From assembly GCA_035650735.1 (NCBI GenBank), contig DASRGZ010000011.1, forward strand, positions 1 through 50,509: a stretch of 50,509 nt of DNA, given 5' to 3'. Origin of the DNA: Chthonomonadaceae bacterium (GTDB lineage: Bacteria > Armatimonadota > Chthonomonadetes > Chthonomonadales > Chthonomonadaceae). The translations under genes and the position numbers were made by a program. Below, in pieces: positions 47,995 through 50,509 of this stretch (its first letter is position 1; each line of letters starts with the position of its first letter). The notes under the pieces were generated by a model. It searched no databases. It saw only the letters and a list, made by a program, of their open reading frames with translations, and was not told the DNA's origin.

Positions 47995-49401
47995 TTAGGC
48001 GCTGGGGATACGGGGCAGCGTCCAGGGTTTGCGCGCGTCGCGGGTGAGCAGGATATTCGCCTCCCGGATCGGGCGCCCGTGCGCGTCCCGGCAGATCTCC
48101 CGCTCGCGGTCCCAGAAGAGCTTTTGCCCGGTACGGTAGGCGATATTGCCCAGGAAGCAACTGGTGGAGGAGCGGTGAGTGATCTCGACGTCGGAGGCGG
48201 GCAACGGGCGGATGCCGTTGCTGTCTTTGGGGCCTTTGACGCAGTCGAGGAAGTTGCGGACGTGCAGGTCTTTGCTATCGTAGCCGCTATGCTTCTCGGC
48301 GGGGATGCTGTTGCCCTCGGGATAGACCTCCCAGCCACTGCGATCCACAAAGAGCGTGCCGTTGGTGCCGAAAAACTCGATGCCGTAGCCGTGCCCATCC
48401 ATGCCGCGCCCGTTGCCCTTGCGCAGCGAGTAGACCAGCGTGAAGGGGCGATTGTTCACGCCGCCGCCTTTGGCGAACCCATAGACGACTTCCAGCGTGT
48501 CGGGGGTGTCGCGGTTATCCGGCAAGGCCCAGTGGCCGCCGCTGGCGCTGACGGTCGTGGGTGCGTCCACCTCCATCGCCCAGAGCGCGATGTCGTTGAG
48601 ATGCACGCCCCAGTCGGTCATCATGCCGCCAGCGTAGTCGAAGAACCAGCGGAAATTCCAATGGAAGCGGTTGGGATTGAAGGGGCGCAGCGGGGCCGGG
48701 CCGAGCCACATATCGTAATCCACGCCGGGAGGCGGGGCCGGCTGATCGGGCGGGTTGCCGATGCCGTTGCCCTCGTTGCTGGAGTTCCAGGTACGGACGA
48801 GGGTAATGTTGCCCAGCTTGCCGGACTGGATATACTTCACCGCCTCGATGAAGTGCGGGTCGGTGCGCTGCTGCGTTCCGCCCTGCACCACGCGCTTGTA
48901 ATAGCGGGCGGCGTTGACCATCGCGCGCCCCTCCACGACATTATGCGAGAGCGGCTTCTCCACGTAGACGTCCTTGCCGACCTGGCAGGCGTAGATGGTC
49001 GGCAGGGCGTGCCAGTGGTCGGGCGTGCCGACGATGACGACATCCACCTCCTTGAGGTCCAGGACGCGCCGCCAATCCTTGAGCGCCTGCGCGCCGGGGT
49101 TCTCGCTGGCCGCCTTATCCAGGTGGGCTTGATCCACATCGCAGAGCGCCACGACGTTGACTATGCCCGTTCCCTTGAACGCGCCCAGATTGCCCATGCC
49201 CATCCCGCCGCAGCCGATCAGGGCGATGTTGAGCTTTTCGTTCTGCGCTACGGGTTTGCGCTTCTTCGCTGGCTCGGCATGTACCGGCTGAATATCCAGC
49301 GCATTTGCCGCCGCCAGGCCGAGGCCGACGCCGGCGACCGTGCGCCCGGTCTTGCCGAGGAACTCCCGGCGTGAGATCGCGTCCCTCTCATCCCTATCCA
49401 T
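47995..49401 (-). CDS. Gfo/Idh/MocA oxidoreductase with Tat signal
   Basis: SRREFLG, IGCGGMG, TPDHWH, YVEKP, DWGVH. Confidence 0.93.
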   Translation of the reverse strand: MDRDERDAISRREFLGKTGRTVAGVGLGLAAANALDIQPVHAEPAKKRKPVAQNEKLNIALIGCGGMGMGNLGAFKGTGIVNVVALCDVDQAHLDKAASENPGAQALKDWRRVLDLKEVDVVIVGTPDHWHALPTIYACQVGKDVYVEKPLSHNVVEGRAMVNAARYYKRVVQGGTQQRTDPHFIEAVKYIQSGKLGNITLVRTWNSSNEGNGIGNPPDQPAPPPGVDYDMWLGPAPLRPFNPNRFHWNFRWFFDYAGGMMTDWGVHLNDIALWAMEVDAPTTVSASGGHWALPDNRDTPDTLEVVYGFAKGGGVNNRPFTLVYSLRKGNGRGMDGHGYGIEFFGTNGTLFVDRSGWEVYPEGNSIPAEKHSGYDSKDLHVRNFLDCVKGPKDSNGIRPLPASDVEITHRSSTSCFLGNIAYRTGQKLFWDREREICRDAHGRPIREANILLTRDARKPWTLPRIPSA

Positions 49402-49471
49402 ACGTGCTTGTGTGCTCCTTTTGTGCTTGCTTGATTATTAGCTTTGCCGGGCCATGAATGACCCGTCTGTG

Positions 49472-49650
49472 GGGCCTACGGCCAACCGTCCTGGCGGACG
49501 CGCCTGTCCCGAAGGGTTTTCCGTCCGCAGGACGGTTGGCGGCGCAGCCGCCCTCTAGCCGGGTACTTTCAGTGCCCGGCTAGGGCCGAGGTTTTCACCC
49601 CCCGGCGCTTGCTGGGCCTGCGGCCAAGCGTCCTGGCGGACGGAACCCCT
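49472..49650. repeat. REP-like hairpin cluster
   Basis: GGCCTRCGGCCAASCGTCCTGGCGGACG twice (49473, 49615); hairpins 49481-49540 and CTAGCCGGG..CCCGGCTAG 49555-49583. Confidence 0.65.
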
Positions 49651-49678
49651 GCGGCAAGAAGAGTGTGCGTGACGGAAG

Positions 49679-50509
49679 TTAGATGGTGTACAGTTCCTCC
49701 GGTATGACGACGCGGGTCTGGCGCACAATGGCCTCGTTGGCCTTGAGGATGGCAACCGCCGTGCGCAGGCCGACCTCCGCATCGCAATAGATGGGCTTGC
49801 CCTCCCGGATGCTGGCCGCCCAATTATAGAACTGGAGATCGTAGGCGTCCTTGCCGTCGGCAGAGGTTGCCAGCGTCGTCTCCCCGATCCGCGCGCCGGT
49901 CTTGAGCTTCTTGGTCGCGCTGGCGTTGAGGATGATGCCGACCTTGCCGTTGGCATCCTTTTCCTTCTCGGTGTATTGCGCCCAATCCAGCGTTTCGGCT
50001 TTTGGCTCGCGATAGAGCAGCCCCTTATCCTCGCCGTGGTCGCCGACGGTGGTGATGAGCGTGCCCTTGTCGCCCATGAACTGCTCCTGGAAGCCGTCGA
50101 ACTGGTTGGTGGTCAGGGATTGGTAGGTCACTTTGACGCCGTTCGGGTACTCGTAGATGACCTGGACGTTGTCCCAGACATCGCGCCCATCCTTCCAGTA
50201 GTCCACGCCGCCGACGCCCATGACGGCGCTAGGCGCGGCGTTGAGGAACCAGTTGACGACCTGGATTTGGTGGCTGCCCAGCTCGGCCATGAGACCCTGC
50301 GAGGTGCGCTTGTAGAGCCGCCAGTTGACCAGGTGCTCGGGGTCGCGCCAGTAGTCCAGGCCGGCAAGGATCTGGCCTTTGGGGATGCTGCGCCGCCAGG
50401 AGCCGTTGCGGTTCCATTGCGCCCGCACGTGCGTTATGCGCCCGCAGACCTTCTTGTTGTTCAAAAGCTCGTAGGCGTGGTTGTAGCCGACGGAAGAGGC
50501 GCGCTGATG
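49679..50509 (-). CDS. Gfo/Idh/MocA oxidoreductase, C-terminal part (5' end outside the window)
   Basis: HQR.S..Y at the edge, NWRLY..SQGLMAELGSHQI, GGVDYWKDGRDVWDN. Confidence 0.8.
   Translation of the reverse strand, partial: HQRASSVGYNHAYELLNNKKVCGRITHVRAQWNRNGSWRRSIPKGQILAGLDYWRDPEHLVNWRLYKRTSQGLMAELGSHQIQVVNWFLNAAPSAVMGVGGVDYWKDGRDVWDNVQVIYEYPNGVKVTYQSLTTNQFDGFQEQFMGDKGTLITTVGDHGEDKGLLYREPKAETLDWAQYTEKEKDANGKVGIILNASATKKLKTGARIGETTLATSADGKDAYDLQFYNWAASIREGKPIYCDAEVGLRTAVAILKANEAIVRQTRVVIPEELYTI

Overview
GC-rich bacterial chromosomal window. The mix of DUF1559-type prepilin, PEP-CTERM, DUF1592/DUF1552, LptD-like, futalosine-pathway and alpha2-type GlyRS genes suggests a diderm, Armatimonadota/PVC-like organism (inference). 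Content in order: (1) a minus-strand PyrR-attenuated pyrimidine gene run (pyrR, pyrB, pyrC, carA, N-terminal-half carB) interleaved with unrelated genes, including a Uma2 nuclease gene broken by a 103-bp hairpin mini-element; (2) acyltransferase, ECF sigma factor plus partner, HerA-like ATPase, LptD-like protein, DUF1592/DUF1552 pair, glyQS and a prepilin-like gene; (3) a tandemly duplicated module of sigma54-type promoter, conserved leader, small secreted protein and PEP-CTERM protein; (4) clpS and sbcCD; (5) a futalosine menaquinone cluster with an embedded Nudix gene, then DAHP synthase; (6) a sugar ABC operon with a fused double permease and a decayed DUF433/PIN toxin-antitoxin remnant; (7) sugar oxidoreductases. 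The intergenic DNA carries several short palindromic repeat families. The most unusual is a fixed-length 45-nt cassette found inside REP-like hairpins and inside itself. I saw no rRNA, tRNA, CRISPR array or transposase. Family assignments come from motif recognition only; no database search was run.
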